DNA from: Podarcis gaigeae
Lineage: Eukaryota
Direction: 5' to 3' (one strand)
DNA: 64,000 bases
Assembly: GCA_964106915.2 (NCBI GenBank)
Contig: OZ066916.1
Part shown: positions 24,965 to 39,526 of the stretch, one piece after another
Numbering within the stretch: position 1 is the stretch's first letter
Layout: every line of letters starts with the position of its first letter
Position numbers and translations under genes: made by a program
The notes under the pieces: model-generated
Database searches by the model: none
What the model was told of the DNA's origin: nothing
The model's input: only the letters and a program-made list of their open reading frames with translations

Positions 24965-27548
24965 GTCAAGTCGATGGTAGGCTATGCCAGATCGCAATTG
25001 GCAAGAGGAGGGAAGGTATGGTGTGTCAGGACCCTGAACAGGTCACTGTGGCAGGTACTGGTTGAAACTCACCCAAGGGGGGCTGCTATCTTGGCAGCAT
25101 GTGGAGCCCTTGTGAACACTGGCTGGTCTGGATTGGCTATTAATCCTGACTCCTTTGAAGAGCTGCCTATATTTTAAAAGAATATTGTCTGATTTTACAG
25201 CTGCTGGCTCCTACAGCATGGGAGTCGTGAGGATTGTATTGTGCAGGGCAGGTCATCTTCTGAGTCTGAAGAGTCTGGTCTTGATAGTTCTGTAGTGAGG
25301 GATGATGGCTTCCTAGGTGATGCCTCTGAGTTAGTGCGGGGTTGATACCAGAGAACATGACATTGCATGCTGAAGAAAGCAAATCGATGTTGAATTTGCA
25401 CAAAAGTTGTCATACACATTTGTTTAGTGTTGTAGAATTCGCTACAGATATCTTTGCATCAATTATTTTATGAGCTGATGAGGACAAAAAGCAACAAATG
25501 TAAGTGACTACAAATATTACACTAGGAACTGCCTTCCGCACAGCATTCTGTACACCTTCCCAGCCCATAGAGTTTTACATCTTGTCCTTAACTTTCTGCC
25601 TTTCTCCTTCCCACACTTTTTAGGTTACTCTTTTACCATTTCCCCCTTTTTCTTTCCCACTTCCCCTAGTTCAAAGTATTTTGTGCATTGTGACCAGAGA
25701 GTTTCTGCCACAATGAGTTTAGCTCTGCAAGAGGACCATGTCTTCATCAGTGCGGTGAAGTTTCTTGAAGCCATATTTAGTGTTTGTACATATGCAAAAA
25801 ATAACTGACATGTAACTGGGGGATCTGGTAAGTGTTAATAGTGGTTTTCCTTCGTTTTCCATTTGCATGTATGCAAACTTCCAGTCTTGCAAAAGTCAAA
25901 TATTTTAATATTGAACACAAGAGAAAACAGACTTTTCTAAGACATTAAATTTTGTCCTGGTGATCTGCATAAAATATGTACTAGGGGAAGAAGACCTCAA
26001 AGTTGGAAGCTACCATGATGAACTAGTTGTTGATTACTTACAGCAGTTGCATTTCACATTGCCTGGTGAATGTCCTATTTAACTATTAGCAATTTGTGTT
26101 GTTTGTCTAACTCCTTTTTCCTAGTTCTGCTTATAGGCAGCTGTGGTGAGCTGGTGTGAGAGTAAAGCATATTCTTAGCCAAAATATGCATACTTGTTAA
26201 GGCCAAAAAAAGTGCAGATGAGGTAACTCTTCTTTTCCTTACCTAAATAAATAAATAGTGATCTCATTCAAACCCCGAAATACACAGCAACCAAGAACCA
26301 GAAGTCAAGTGGTAAAATTTCAGGAATACTTCTCCATAATTTGCAAATAGATGAGTAAAAGATGGAGAAATCAGAGTTCAGTTAGCCAAACCCAGGAAAT
26401 ATTCTGGTTATCCTCAGTTGCCCTGTGAGTTAAAAAGTAAAGTCCTGGGCAAAGGTTTGTATCCTTTGCTGTGGGCAAAGAAAGGTGACATAGAAATATG
26501 AACTCTTTCTGTTCAACACAGATTGGGCAGCTATGTGAACATTAATGGATGGTGCAACATGATTCATGGGAAAGTACCGGTTATTGAGTTGTATATACAT
26601 GCAACCATTCTGAGAAGAGGAACTAGTTAGGGCAGGGGGAAGAGAAGTATACATGAGAGAAGATCCTGGTTTTATGAACTCTGCCAAGAAGCTGGAATTT
26701 GAGTTGACCAGCCTGTTGGATGAAAACATGGTTGCAGCTGTGTCATGCTTGGGTGCCATTTTTTTAAAAGAAGGAAATGAACTGTTATACAAAAAATGCA
26801 TGTTTTTTAAAAAATCATTCAAGCCTTATATCCACAATGAAACCTGCAGTAAGAAATAAACCAGAGTCATTTGTCAAGCCGGATTAATTGTTAGCTGGGA
26901 CCCAGTTCTTCTCTAAATTCCATCTGTTAATTTACCAATTTCTGCCAAATTAGTACACTTTGCTACCTGTACTTAAATGGAAGGAAATTGGGTCCAAACA
27001 TTTTCACCAGCAGTAAATAGAAATATTAGGTATTGTGTCTTCTATTATATTGAATGACATCCTTGGAAGGTTTTAATATCCTATGTGAAATTATATTTGC
27101 TTCCAATAATTTTGGGTCACCTGACATTCCTCCCACATATGAAGAAGCTCTATATGGGTGGAACTATGCATGTCTAGCTTGTAAAACAGAAGCAGCAACT
27201 CAGAGCAGGATTTTTTATTTTGGATGCTCCTATTCTGTGGAATAGTATTCTTGCTGAAATACAAAGGGCACCCACTACTTGCACTTTCTGGAAACAACTG
27301 AAGACATTTTTGTTCTGAATGGCTACTCCAGCTTGTTAAATGGTCCTTTACCATGAGTGTCTACTTTGATCAAGTTTTAGTCTTGTTTTGAAGTTTTTGT
27401 GTTTTTAACTTTTTCATTGTTATTTGTAAATCAGCTTGAAATGGTTGTTTAGAAGGTAAGTAATAAATTGATGATGATGATGGAACTGAGAACATCCCAT
27501 TATGCCTGCCTGGTGTTGAGCATCAGCATAACAATCATTTATATTGCA

Positions 27549-27786
27549 GTGGTTAAGAGCGCTGGACTTGTAATCTGGTGAAGCAGGTTTGCTTCCCTGC
27601 TCCTCCACATGCAGCTGCTGGGTGACCTTGGGTTAGTCACACTTCTCTGAAGTCTCTCAGCCTCACTCACCTCACAGAGTGTTTGTTGTGGGGAGGAAGG
27701 GACAGGAGAATGTTAGCCGCTTTGAGACTCCTTAGGGTAGTGATAAAGCGGGATATCAAATCCAAACTCTTCTTCTACTCTTCTTC
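27549..27786 (+). mobile_element. Squam3-type tRNA-derived SINE (5'-truncated)
   Basis: Closely similar to 44383-44632; (CTT)n tail; TSD TATATTGCA at 27540-27548 and 27787-27795. Confidence 0.85.
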
Positions 27787-29691
27787 TATATTGCATCCTG
27801 GACTGAGAGACTTCAAGCTGGTAGCCTAAGAGAACGAAGAATTGTTTCATTTTGGTTCTGATATTGTAATTCCCAGATCTCTTTTCTGCAGCTCCTTTAA
27901 CTTTTACCTACCTTTTCCCTTCATACTGCTAGTTAGGATGTAGAATGTAGAGATCCTTACATTCACCACATATGTCAAACTTATCGAGCTGTTACTTCCT
28001 AAGTGTATAGGAAGGTCTTAACTATTCATTTGAAAACAGCAAAATTATGGGGTTTGGGAGGGGTAGGTGGGGAGGAGGGAAATGAAGCTATCTCTCTGGG
28101 TTTGAGCAAGCTTCTGTCCAGATTGTCTCCCTATCTACTACCAGTTCACCAAATGCTGACACTTTATTCACTTCTCAATTGTGCAAAGCATAAAATTGAC
28201 CTCTCAGACAAAACTTTTCACATCTTACTACAGGTGCTAATGGATGCATCCTTGGGTGTTAATTTTTTTATATGTACCCCATGTTTTCATAAATTGTTGT
28301 ACAATTAATCTCAACTCTTCTTGGTAATTTGTTTAATTCTTAGAGATCCAAGGGAGCACTTCTAATAGGATAGCAATGCAGAGTTGTTTTAATTGGTACC
28401 ATGTGTTTTTCAGTATTTTCTGATGTCTCTGAACATAGCCAACATAATAACTGTGTGGCTTCATAGTATACTAACAAACTTGGGACTGTAAGTCCATCCT
28501 TGTGCATTGGGGCCTGTTTAGTAAGAGCCTTCCTCAATCCTGTCCAATATCTTCTGCCAATTTTCCAGTTCTTGATCATCTGAAGCAGAAAAAATATTAA
28601 TACAAATAAAACTTAATAGTTGCAACATTTTAATTGTACAGATTAGATAGTTTGTTCCAAAATGGGAAGTGAAGTTATGGCTGCTTTGTAGAAATAATAT
28701 TTCTGTGTAATTTTAATTTGAGTTGTGTTTACCTGAACCCAATGGCTTGGATTCAGAGGAATGCCAGCTGAAGGGTGTTGATGGAATGTGACTTTCCCAC
28801 CCCTGTAAAGCTTCTCTTAAGAATCCTGGCTGGGCTGAGGGAAAAGGTGGATTGCAAAAATGAAGCAGAAACACTTTCCATGAGCAGGAGATTTGTGATT
28901 AGTCATTTGGTTTAGAAAAGTAGGTGTAATTCAGGCAGGGAGATTCTAATCAGTAAATAGAGCATTGCTCATTAATGCTGGGTTTTCATAACCTCCTCAA
29001 GGACAATAGAAGGCTCACCAGCTTAAGCTAGTGAAAAAATTTGCCACAAAATGTTCCACCTTGCAGTGTTTCTCTTTGTCAAAAGCAACAAGGCCTTTGG
29101 GCAGCACACATCCAATCATTTATAGTGTAAATCATTTATTTACACAGCCCATCTCCAAAAGTAGTTTAGGGAGGAGAAAAGGCATATTTCTCCTGGTCTA
29201 CCTTACTGTGGGGCTGGAGTTAGGAGGAAACTTCCTCTGGTGGGGCTGGGGATAAATAACTGGAATTCTCTTCATCTCCCACTAACTTCAGGAGTTCTCT
29301 GCTTAGGAACCACCATGAAGCTTGGCTTTTTCTGCAACTAAAATGCCTTACATCATGACTATTCAAAAGTCTCTCACTGATATTGGCATGTTCTCCTTCT
29401 CTTGAACAATAAGCTTTCATGAGGATTGAAATCCATGTTTTCCATTTGTTGCTGACTTTTGATGATACACTGATTTATTGATAAAAGTATTGGTTGGAAA
29501 CAATTTTGTAACCATAAAACCTAAATGCTCTTGTTAGTGTAAATAGAGTGTGATGCCAAGAGAATTGGGTAGTAACCAAGGATGTGGTGATAACGGGGAC
29601 ATTCTGGTGAGGTGAGAAATGTAGTTCTATCTCACTCCCCATCAAATCGAAACAATCCCATCCCTCATGCTGAAGGGAGGAACCTCTAGAA

Positions 29692-30104
29692 CAGGGTGGT
29701 TGAGCTTTTCATAGCAAGTGGGCTGCAAAGGTAGTACAACATGGAACCCATGGGCTGCACACTGCCTTGTTGCACACAGGGGAAGCAAGGCCAAAAGTTG
29801 ACCCCCCCCCCCCGCTCTTGCGCTACCTTCCTAAAGCTGGCTAAGCGAGGTTCGGGGCTTTGGGAAGGAGGCAGAAGACACTGGCAGGGTCCTAGACCCC
29901 TTCTTCCTCCTCTCCAAAGCTGGGAAAGCACCAATTAGGCTTTGTCACGGAGGTGGGAGCACTCTTAAGACCCTGTCTGAGCCCTCATCCATGCTTCCCA
30001 CACCTCAGCATCTTGCTTATCTGGCTTTGGGAAGGCAGCGTGAGGGCTGGTGTGTGTGCCAAATGTTGCTGAGGACCACCAAAAAGTCTCAAGGGACCAC
30101 CCTA
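29692..30104. mobile_element. hAT MITE with perfect 8-bp TSD
   Basis: TIRs CAGGGTGGT / ACCACCCTA; TSD CTCTAGAA at 29684-29691 and 30105-30112. Confidence 0.8.
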
Positions 30105-31211
30105 CTCTAGAATAGGTTGCAATGTGAAACACAATATTCATTCATCAAATCTGGTTGACACTTTGAAGAAATGATGCGAAAACATCTTGCCTATAGTTTT
30201 CTTTATCAGAAACAGCAGCTATTCCATCAGGCTGAAAGGCTCTTTTGGGGCTCTTCTCCTCAAGTTTTTCCTAGCTGGTTGTTCCTCTGTAAGTAAGAAG
30301 TTTCCTCCTCCCCCCCCCCCCATTCCAATCACTTTCCTTTTTTATTACGTATCTTAGATTGTAAATTTGAGGGCAGGGATTGTTATCAGTGCCATTTGTA
30401 AGCCACTCTGGGAGTCATCTTTGGCAGAAGAGTGGGAAGAAAGTTCCTTAAATAAATAAAACTAATTTTACAGTTTGTTCAGAAAGTTGTCAGGAAAGTG
30501 TACATTTTGTAACGTAGAAAGGTTCTGACCTTCTCTGGAGTTCGTGCACCTTATAGAATGGATCTGAACATTGGAACATTTAATCATACACGCTTAGCTG
30601 GCTTCTGGCTGTTTCCCTATATAAATAAGAAATGGGGAGGGAGAGAAATCTATCTGAATCCTCTAGTCAGTATTTCTTCTGCCTGGTTCACATACCAATA
30701 GTAGCATGTGCCAAGTTTCACTTGCTACGTCTTCTATCTGAAGAGGAGAGATTATGCATGTTTATTCTATGGTTTCATTATGTATATTGCACATGGTCGT
30801 GTGGTCCATCTAACCTGTAATTAGATTTGAGTATGTTTGAGATTGAAAAAACACATTTCACCTCCTTGCTTTAAAATCTTACAGTATTAGCAAGGCAAGT
30901 ATATTTTTTTTTATGGATAGCTGTTTTTGTATGTTGTAGTTCATCACCAACTACTCTATCAATATAATAGCACAAAAACTTTATATCATTCAACACTAGG
31001 TAGCCTCTGTTGCAAACCTTTTAACTTTCAGCTTATCTTCATCAACACATCTATTTTTCAGAAGTTATTAAGGTATTAATAGGTTTGCTGTGTTCTAAAG
31101 AATGCATGCATTCAGGTTTTCTGTAGTTGCAATAGTTGGAGATTTGTATCAGTTTGAGATGAGCAAATTATGACATGCTGTAATTTGGAGTCTGCTTTTT
31201 TGTTGTTGCAG

Positions 31212-31350
31212 TTCCCAGAGTGTGGTTTTTTTGGCATGTATGACAAAATTCTTCTGTTCCGCCATGACCTGAACTCAGAAAATATTTTACAGCGGATTAC
31301 ATCAGCTGAAGAAATACGCGAAGGTGACCTCGTTGAGGTTGTTCTCTCTG
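31212..31350 (+). CDS. PRKD3: PRKD3 coding exon 2
   Basis: [19 protein letters not shown]...DLVEVVLS; AG/GT bounded; 139 nt. Confidence 0.97.
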
Positions 31351-31870
31351 GTAAATAGGTTTTCAATGTGGTTCCCTTGTTGTTACATAAAGCCATGATA
31401 TTACCATTGCTTTAAAATGGTTGAAATTTATGGACTGCTTTATAAATATTAAAGGTTACTTGGAATAAAGTAGATGAAATGACACCTTACTGAACCAGCT
31501 TCTATAGATGAAAATGGTTGAATTTGTGTGTAAGAATTGGATAATCTTAATTATCTTCTGAATTTTTTGGAATTAGTAAATTGTCAGTTACTTGATCTAC
31601 AATAGCAATCACTGTGTTCTAAATAGTGTAGAAAGTTCTTCATGCAACCTTTATTAAAAACAGGTTGTTGTTTGTTTTTTTTAAAAAAGTATATAGTTGT
31701 ATGTCTTACAATGCATGCTTTGTAGGAGTTGAGCATAGTCAACAGTTTCTACCAAAGGCAGTTTGCTGAGGCTACCATTATTTTAAAAAATCATTACCAT
31801 CAGTCATACTTATAAATACTGCTGTAATCAAGTGGGACTCACTCCCGTTTTATAATGTATTTTTTAAAAG

Positions 31871-32002
31871 CATTGGCTACAGTTGAAGATTTCCAGATTC
31901 GTCCTCATATGCTATATGTGCATTCTTACAAGGCTCCCACTTTTTGTGACTATTGCGGAGAGATGCTTTGGGGCTTGGTACGACAAGGGTTGAAATGTGA
32001 AG
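31871..32002 (+). CDS. PRKD3: PRKD3 coding exon 3 (C1a domain)
   Basis: [43 protein letters not shown]; 132 nt. Confidence 0.97.
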
Positions 32003-32984
32003 GTAAGTTTGTCAATAAGTGCATCTTAAGTATGACATGTATCTATGTCCACGTATCTGTTGTCCATGACAATACACACTTTCAGTGATTTAGTGTATTG
32101 TACTTCAGTCATATTTAAAAATAAAACATAGTAGGTGTAACTTAAAGAGCAAGACATGTTATTATTTGAATTTGTTTTTCTAAAAGTCTTACAAAGTCAG
32201 CAACCACATCCTCCCGATAACGTATTTCTTCTGTGGCAAGCAAAATTTCTGTTTGACAGTGCTACAGAGATATAAACAACCCAATCCTAAGGGTTTTAGG
32301 GCTGTCATATTAGGTTTAGGGTATGCAAAGCTAATGTCAGTGCAACATTGGAAGCTGTAGCATTATGCCAATGCTGCAGACAAACATGCTGGTACAAATG
32401 TTTTGGTCTGACGTGTTGATTAGAGAAATGTTTCCTTTTCTTGTCACAGCTTTTTATAACATGCAAATAAAGTTCTGAATGGGCATACCTTTTCATGTGG
32501 CCCTTGTTCAGTTGGCTGCAGTACCTTCCTCAGTTCCCCTGTCAACAGGCTGTTGTCCAGGTATTAGTAACACAACACTTCATGCTTATTGGCTTTTACT
32601 CAACTCCTGTGGTTCCAGCTGAGCCAGGAGTACATTGTTTAGATAGTCTGCCAGGGGAAAGAGAGCTGAGGAAGATCAGCAGCAACATGTATTGCATAAC
32701 AGGCCCCGTTTTCAGGCTTTAGCTAGGGTGAAGCAGGGTCAGAAAAGCAAGTATTCAGGCCAAAAAAATTCCATGCATTACACAGATCTGCTGATAATTA
32801 CACCACCACTCCGTTGTGCTAGGAGATTATTAAAATAATATTGAGAGTCAAATTCACCATGTTTTGGCTTGATCTGTCTTTTCTGAAAATATGATCCTAA
32901 TTTATTACTGTCAATTCTATTTAAATGAATGGTATCATTCATAATAAGTTGTTTATCCCCCTTCCCTAATGCTAATTTTATTAG

Positions 32985-33142
32985 GGTGTGGATTAAACTA
33001 CCACAAGCGATGCGCCTTCAAGATCCCAAACAACTGCAGTGGTGTAAGAAAGAGGCGTTTATCTAATGTATCTTTACCAGGATCTGCACTTTCAGTCCCA
33101 AGATCAGTGCAAACTGAATACACAGTCGCAGTCACAGAAGAG
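32985..33142 (+). CDS. PRKD3: PRKD3 coding exon 4
   Basis: [30 protein letters not shown]...; 158 nt. Confidence 0.96.
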
Positions 33143-33937
33143 GTATTTAGATGATTTTTCTCTCTCTTAAGGTGGGATTCCATTCAAGTTGCATATGCTA
33201 CTGTCATGTGTCAAGGCACATAACCCCAAACCTTCCTTTCGTAAATATGTGGGGCTCTTGGAGCTCCTTATCTGTGTTCTGATTTAATTTGTGCTGAGGT
33301 TCAGCTGCTCAAATAGCCTTAGAGTATGCAAGGTATAATCACTAACAACTTCCCCTTTCTTATTCTACCCCTCCAAAGCACAGCAAATTTAATATGGTGT
33401 TCCTTTTGTGTGTGTTGTGTTTGTTTATAACCAAATCAGTCACTTAACACTAGGTGATAAAGGTTAACAATGGAAATATTACATATATTAGGTAAAAGTA
33501 GAATTTAAGAACCTGAATTATTGCTATTCTGAATGTAATAGGATGAATATATAGTTCAGCAGTGCCCTATTGCTTGAAAGGTGGATGGCTCCATTCATGA
33601 GTGTAGATGTTACAGTTGTATTACATTAATAAAAATCCACCCCGTCTGCAATCCAGTAAGGGCTTGATCAGGTTAGATCAGGCCCTCAGTCTGACTTGAA
33701 CCCTCATCTCACTCACTTTAAGGAATTAAACACCAGCTGGTGGCCATAGCAAAAACAAGGCATGGAGCTTATTAAAAGTGATGGCGGATGTCTTCTGAAG
33801 TATTAAGGAGGGCTGTTTAATATCACTGGTAAATGCCAACTATTTGGTTCCAGCTCGAACCTAGGTTGGTGTAGCAATATATGGCTTCTGTGTTATTTAG
33901 ATTCCTTATTATGGATACTTTTTCCAGGCTTAAGTAG

Positions 33938-34020
33938 AAACATAAGAAGAGTCCTACTGGATCAGACCAAAGACCCATCTAGTCCAGCATCCTGTTCTCA
34001 CAGTGGCCAACCAGTTGCCT
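33938..34020 (-). mobile_element. CR1 3' end fragment
   Basis: acataagaagagtcctactggatcagaccaaagacccatctagtccagcatcctg. Confidence 0.7.
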
Positions 34021-34160
34021 TTAAATTTGCTATAGTCTTGTTGGTAAAGGAGGCCAGGAAAGGATTGGGGAGCTAGGAATGATAGGAGCCTAGGGAAAAT
34101 ATCAGGAGAATTAGGTCTGCACCACAAGTTCAAGCCCTGCATGTCTGCTTTTCTTTTCAG

Positions 34161-34350
34161 CGTCCCCTTCTAGAACCCAGTAAGAGGATTCCTTCCTGGA
34201 GTGGGCGTCCAATATGGATGGAAAAGATGGTGCTCTGCCGGGTGAAGGTTCCACATACCTTTGCTGTTCATTCTTACACTCGACCCACCATATGCCAGTA
34301 CTGCAAACGATTGCTCAAGGGTCTCTTTCGCCAAGGAATGCAGTGTAAAG
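34161..34350 (+). CDS. PRKD3: PRKD3 coding exon 5 (C1b domain)
   Basis: [22 protein letters not shown]...[32 protein letters not shown]; 190 nt. Confidence 0.95.
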
Positions 34351-34650
34351 GTAAGAGTATTCACTGCTGCAAGGTTAATACTGTTATTTGTACAGCTTTT
34401 TCACATTCTTAGCCATACACCCAAAGCCTGAGTTAAAATTATTTCAGCAAGAAGGGATGCAAGCTTTGAACTACTCCACTAAATCCTCTTTCTGGCTTTT
34501 TTTAAAAAAGAGAAGTAAAAAACCAGGCAAAACTATTTTGGTTTTTCACGAACATAGAATATCCCAAGTGCACAGAAACTCCTACCTTCTCACCTTCACT
34601 CTCTTAGTATTAGACACCGGGCCACAAACTTTGCAATTGATATGCACAGC

Positions 34651-34765
34651 ATCATAGAATCATAGAGTTGGAAGGGACCCAACCCCCTGCAATGCTGGTT
34701 CACAGCTAAAGAAGCCCTGACAGATGGCCATTCAACCTCTTAAAAAACCCTCAATGAAGGAGATG
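34651..34765 (-). mobile_element. CR1 3' end fragment
   Basis: atcatagaatcatagagttggaagggacc terminal repeat pattern. Confidence 0.6.
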
Positions 34766-35640
34766 TGAGGGACCAGATGGGAGGCTGGGGTGTGGTCCAG
34801 CAGATTAACCTCCAGTTGCAGATCCCTGTTGTAGGCTATTGGCAAAGCAAGCATTTATAAAGCCATCCCCACTTTAAAAAAGCTGTTTGCATTTAATTTA
34901 TACTCTTACTAAAATATAGTATTACTATACTTAGCTGAGAAACCCACTTACTTTCCTAAGTCTCAAATGTAATCTGTGATTCAGCATGGCAGTATAGTTT
35001 TGTTGTTTATATGCCATCAATAGCCTGTGTCTCCAGATCATGGATCATCTTTTTTCTTTCCCCCTGCAGACATATGCCTCTGTATATTTACTACTTGGTA
35101 TGAACCCTTGTCTTATATTTTGTATGTAAAGTGCTTAGTTACTTGTGGCACTCAATAATACGTTGTTTGTGTAGGGATTAGTTTTTTAGTTTCATAGCAG
35201 TAGAGATATTTTAAGTAGAGAGTTCAGTAATAAAATTTGCAAATTAACACACACAAAATATTTTATGTACAATTTAAAAGAAACAGTTTGGGGACATCAT
35301 TTTCAAGAACATAGCAGTGGTAAATAAACCAGCAAAAAGAACCTGCTGGGGCCTAGCTGTGTTCTTCCAGCACCCTATTGCTTTTCTGTGCTGCCTTTCC
35401 TCTGCTGGCATTTTTCTACTGGTTTTTCTCCACTGGCAGCCCACTTGGTTTCTGTGGAAAGCAGAGAGGAGGGATGGTTCATACCCCTGCATGCAATTTC
35501 TTGTTGCACATGGCTACTTGGTGAGTGCTTAGATACAAAAACATCCCCAAAATAAATAAAATGTAGGTGTCATGTAAGGGATATTGAAAGAGTTTCTCCA
35601 TAAATGTATGAGTGAAAGAAACCATTTTTTCTTGCTTTAG

Positions 35641-35718
35641 ACTGCAGATTTAACTGTCACAAACGTTGTGCTTCTAAAGTACCCAAAGATTGTCTTGGAG
35701 AAGTTGTGTTCAATGGAG
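35641..35718 (+). CDS. PRKD3: PRKD3 coding exon 6
   Basis: [26 protein letters not shown]; 78 nt. Confidence 0.96.
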
Positions 35719-36230
35719 GTAAGAGCAAACATGTTCTGAAATAGTAAAGAATTATTTGTGTATTAATTTTCAGTGTGATGTGCAATATATTTAAAAGGTG
35801 AGATAGAAGTATGTAAATGTTCTTACATACTTGAGTTGACTGAAAGTGCTCTCTATCTGCTGAAGTGAAATATATTAACAACTTTGGTCTCTTCAGCAAA
35901 GTTGATAGTGAATTTCCATTGAAAGTATTCAGTCTTGTGGTCCCTAGGAGAGTGTCTCAGGAACCATAGGATATTGTGCTGGGGAGGCTGCAAGGCTCTC
36001 TGGGTAATTTATGCTGGGTAGCACCACCACCACTGTTTCCCATTTAAGTATTACTAGGTCTGGCAGTAAAGAAATCTAGACCTGAAATATTTATAGTATT
36101 CTGAGAGTGGGGAATGCTTTTCTAGACTCCTGCCTTGCTTATGGCAGCAGTCCAATATGTAATTCTCAGTTTCTCTCCTTAAAAGCATAGAGGGTGGGGA
36201 AATGCTAGGCAAGGTGAGTAGACCAGATCC

Positions 36231-36287
36231 CAAATTACAAGAGCAGATTTATTTAAAGTTCAAATTACAAGAGCAGATTTATTTAAA
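36231..36287. repeat. Tandem duplication, 27-bp core, period 30
   Basis: caaattacaagagcagatttatttaaa at 36231 and 36261. Confidence 0.9.
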
Positions 36288-38553
36288 ACACTGAAAGAAA
36301 TAGAAAGCTGTTTTAAATATAAGGAAACTTCTATTTGCTATCCAAGGCAATCTTAGTAATTTACAAATTATTTTCAGCTGACATGCAAAACAGCATGGGT
36401 CATCCCAGGCAATTCATAGGAGACATTCAAGGGAGAGATGGAGATCATTTAAAAACCTTGCCCTTTCTTTAAAAAAACCCCTCTGAAGATTCAGTTGGGG
36501 GTGGTGGCGGTTAGCTGGCCAGGTAGGTAAGGTATCCACCAACCAAGGGAAGGCAGTTCTACTTGGAATCTTTTAGGTTCATCACATATGCAGATGGAAG
36601 GGATAAGAAGTGTGAATGGGCAAATTATCTGATTTTCCTCAACATCACCCCATGGGGTCAGAATGGGGTAAGCAATCTCACATGCATGTGAGGCAGATGT
36701 TTTAGATGTGACTTGTGTGTCCTAAAGAAGGACACCAAACCATCAATTTCAGTTGGGTTTCTGCACAGTTCTAAGTGGGATTCAGTGTTGGTGAAGTGTA
36801 GGATGCCCAGTGGGGAATATACTATTCCCTCAAAGTCTTGCTGGCCTGTGCAGGCCAGGGCAAGAAGTGAGGAGGGGGCAGACCTTACCCAGTGTTTTCC
36901 TTTTACACAGTTTCCCTTCACATTCTATTCTCTTTCCCTTCTCTGCCTAATTTGTTTCAATGATTGATGTGGTTTTCAACGGGTCCCTCCTCAGGGTACC
37001 TGGGCTAACTCACCCAACTTCTCCCACCCCTCATCCTGATCTGGACCCCCCCCCCCCAATGTCTCATGATATTAAGGCCCAGTCCAGGGTATCTTTGGAG
37101 AATGAAGGGTCTTGGATTCAATGGATCCAAGCCTCTGCTGGACCCTTCAGAATCCTGAGTTTGGGGGCATAAGTTGCTTTGGGGCCTAGTTGTCAGTGGT
37201 AACTGTGTTGGTAATATAAACCTATTGTACCTTTGCAGGTATAATAGGGGCTTCTGCAGTGGTGGTGCCTGCCCCCTTGGTAGAGGTCTGTGGGGGGACC
37301 TACCTATGTGCAGTTCTGGACCTTAGCCATGGGATTTGGGGATTGGGATCTCTCCATTAGATACTGAAACTGAGGGAAGAAGATAATATGTTTGGACAGC
37401 ATATGCTTTCACTGGTGCCTTCAGCATCCCACTGCTTCTCCCCTGTTGCAATAAAACTTGAAAGAATTCTTCTGCTGTAGTCGGTAGAAGACTATTTTCA
37501 AACATATTACAGTGGGTGGGTGTTTGGATTAACCTTTGTATGCTGAGCTGTGACACTCGCCTGCCCGGCTTGAAAAACTCACTAAAATTAGGGTTGAAAA
37601 TTGACTCCCAATGCAAGGCTTTTTTCAAGCCTACTAGTTGGGGCGGGGGGGGGGGATCTTTCTTTTGGGAGGGAAGGTTAACCCTAATGAATAGCAGGGT
37701 GGAAGTTTGAATGTGTGTAAGTGTGGTTGCGGTGCGCAGAACAGTTTCTCAGGTTCTCAGATTTATCCACTGCACAAAAAAGTTGGGCAACGCAATGGCA
37801 GAAGTTGATTCTGGAGCCTCACAGTAGCTGCCATTGATGTATTATACCCTTTGCACTCTGATGGAACTGGCTTCCTAGTTTGACACCTCTGTTTTAATTG
37901 CTAGCATTACATAACTCCTAATTTCCTCTGTGTAGGGGAGAATTTACAGAATCTTTTCTAAAGCAGAAATGTTGGAGAGCATGTTTGTGTAAAATTCCTT
38001 CTTCATTATTTTGTCTCTGTGCCTGTCTAAAGATACTAGAAAAATCAACCCTGTGTGTGGCAGTTGTGACTGCCTATCCTTGGCTGCCCTGCTCTGTTTG
38101 AAGCAGCAGAAAGCTGGGTTTAACTTGCATTAGTATTGAACCAGGTGTAAAGAGAGTTCTGTTCTCTGATTCCCATCCTGTCCACACCCTTCCCTGGAAA
38201 GACATAGTCATGATGTTCTTGCATCAGAGGAGAGGGAGTTGGCTGGCACAGGAGGTGGAAGAACTGTGATGATGCCAACTTTCCACTGATGGAGAATTGC
38301 CCTGTGTCAGGAAGTACCTACATAGCATGAAGTGGCCTTAGTAAAACAAAAACATAGCCCAATTGTTTTTACTTTTTCTCCTGTCTTGGCTGTGCTTGAT
38401 TGTGTATATTTGATTTTGTTACATATGTACTGAGGGCTGCAACAGATTTCTAATTCATTCCTGACTAAAATTGTGGTGTAAATGATTTTTCTAACATGAA
38501 TAATATTAATGAATAATAATATTTTGGAACCTTTTGTTTTTATATGGAATAAG

Positions 38554-38737
38554 AACCGGCTAGTCCAGGTCAAGATATGGATATGCCAATGGAGGTTGAC
38601 AGCAGTGAAATGAACAGTGATGGAGGTAGGAGCTTGGATGATACAGAAGAACCCTCTCCCCCAGAAGACAAAATGTTTTTTATGGATCCAGCAGATCTAG
38701 ATGGGGACAAAGATGAAGAGGCTGTCAAAACTATCAG
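38554..38737 (+). CDS. PRKD3: PRKD3 coding exon 7 (acidic linker)
   Basis: EPASPGQDMD...LDDTEEPSPPEDKMFF...DEEAVKTI; 184 nt keeps frame; AAG acceptor. Confidence 0.9.
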
Positions 38738-39526
38738 GTTTGTAAAATCAAAGCATTCCATTGCATGTCTGTGAAGCTCCCTATTAAAAACATTTTTCTG
38801 TTGAGAGGAGAATGACTTTTGCTATTCACTTATTATTATTTATTATTGGTTTACAAGAGATGCTTTCTCACTCTTCAGCATAAGTGAAAAACAGCAATTA
38901 ACAGAATTGATTAAATGTGAAAGTATGTAGGCTTGAACCTATTGGAAGTAGAATCCCCTGTGAGCGTCAACATGGAAATAAATTACATTATTGAAGAATG
39001 CTTAGCTATACTGACTAGTTGATGGAAAATGTTATGCTGACCTAGATTTATAGGGCTACTTTATTCTCCTGACCTTAGGCCAAACTCATTCCAGTCCTAA
39101 TGCAAGTCAATTGATTGAATGGAGTTACATAAGGAATCAATTTTGCTCCTTGTGTGTGTTGCAAGTTAGGTTAAAGGAAACAACTTTTGGCTCATTGGAT
39201 GTGACCTCTAAAGGGTCATGTGTTTTTACTCCTATATGTACTACTAGAGTAAATTATTTGAATTACAGTTCATACTATTGTTTATAAAAGATGAGATCCA
39301 GTGTAGTTTATGGAAATAGAGCAATGGATTTAGAATAGTGTTCAGCCGTGGACTCATTAGGTGGCCTTAAAGAAATTTAAGTCTTAGCTCCATTCTGTAA
39401 AGTAGGAATAATAAAGACAGATTTCACTGGGATGTAGTGAGAATGAAAGTGAGGATTGCAAGACTATTTATCTACCTAAAACTCAATTCATGTCTACGGT
39501 GTGCTTCAAATCATTTTCCTCTGTAG

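Noticed and set aside
25200-25345. Possible cassette exon after ttttacag
   Set aside because: All three frames end in stops, no clear donor nearby, and no homology recognised
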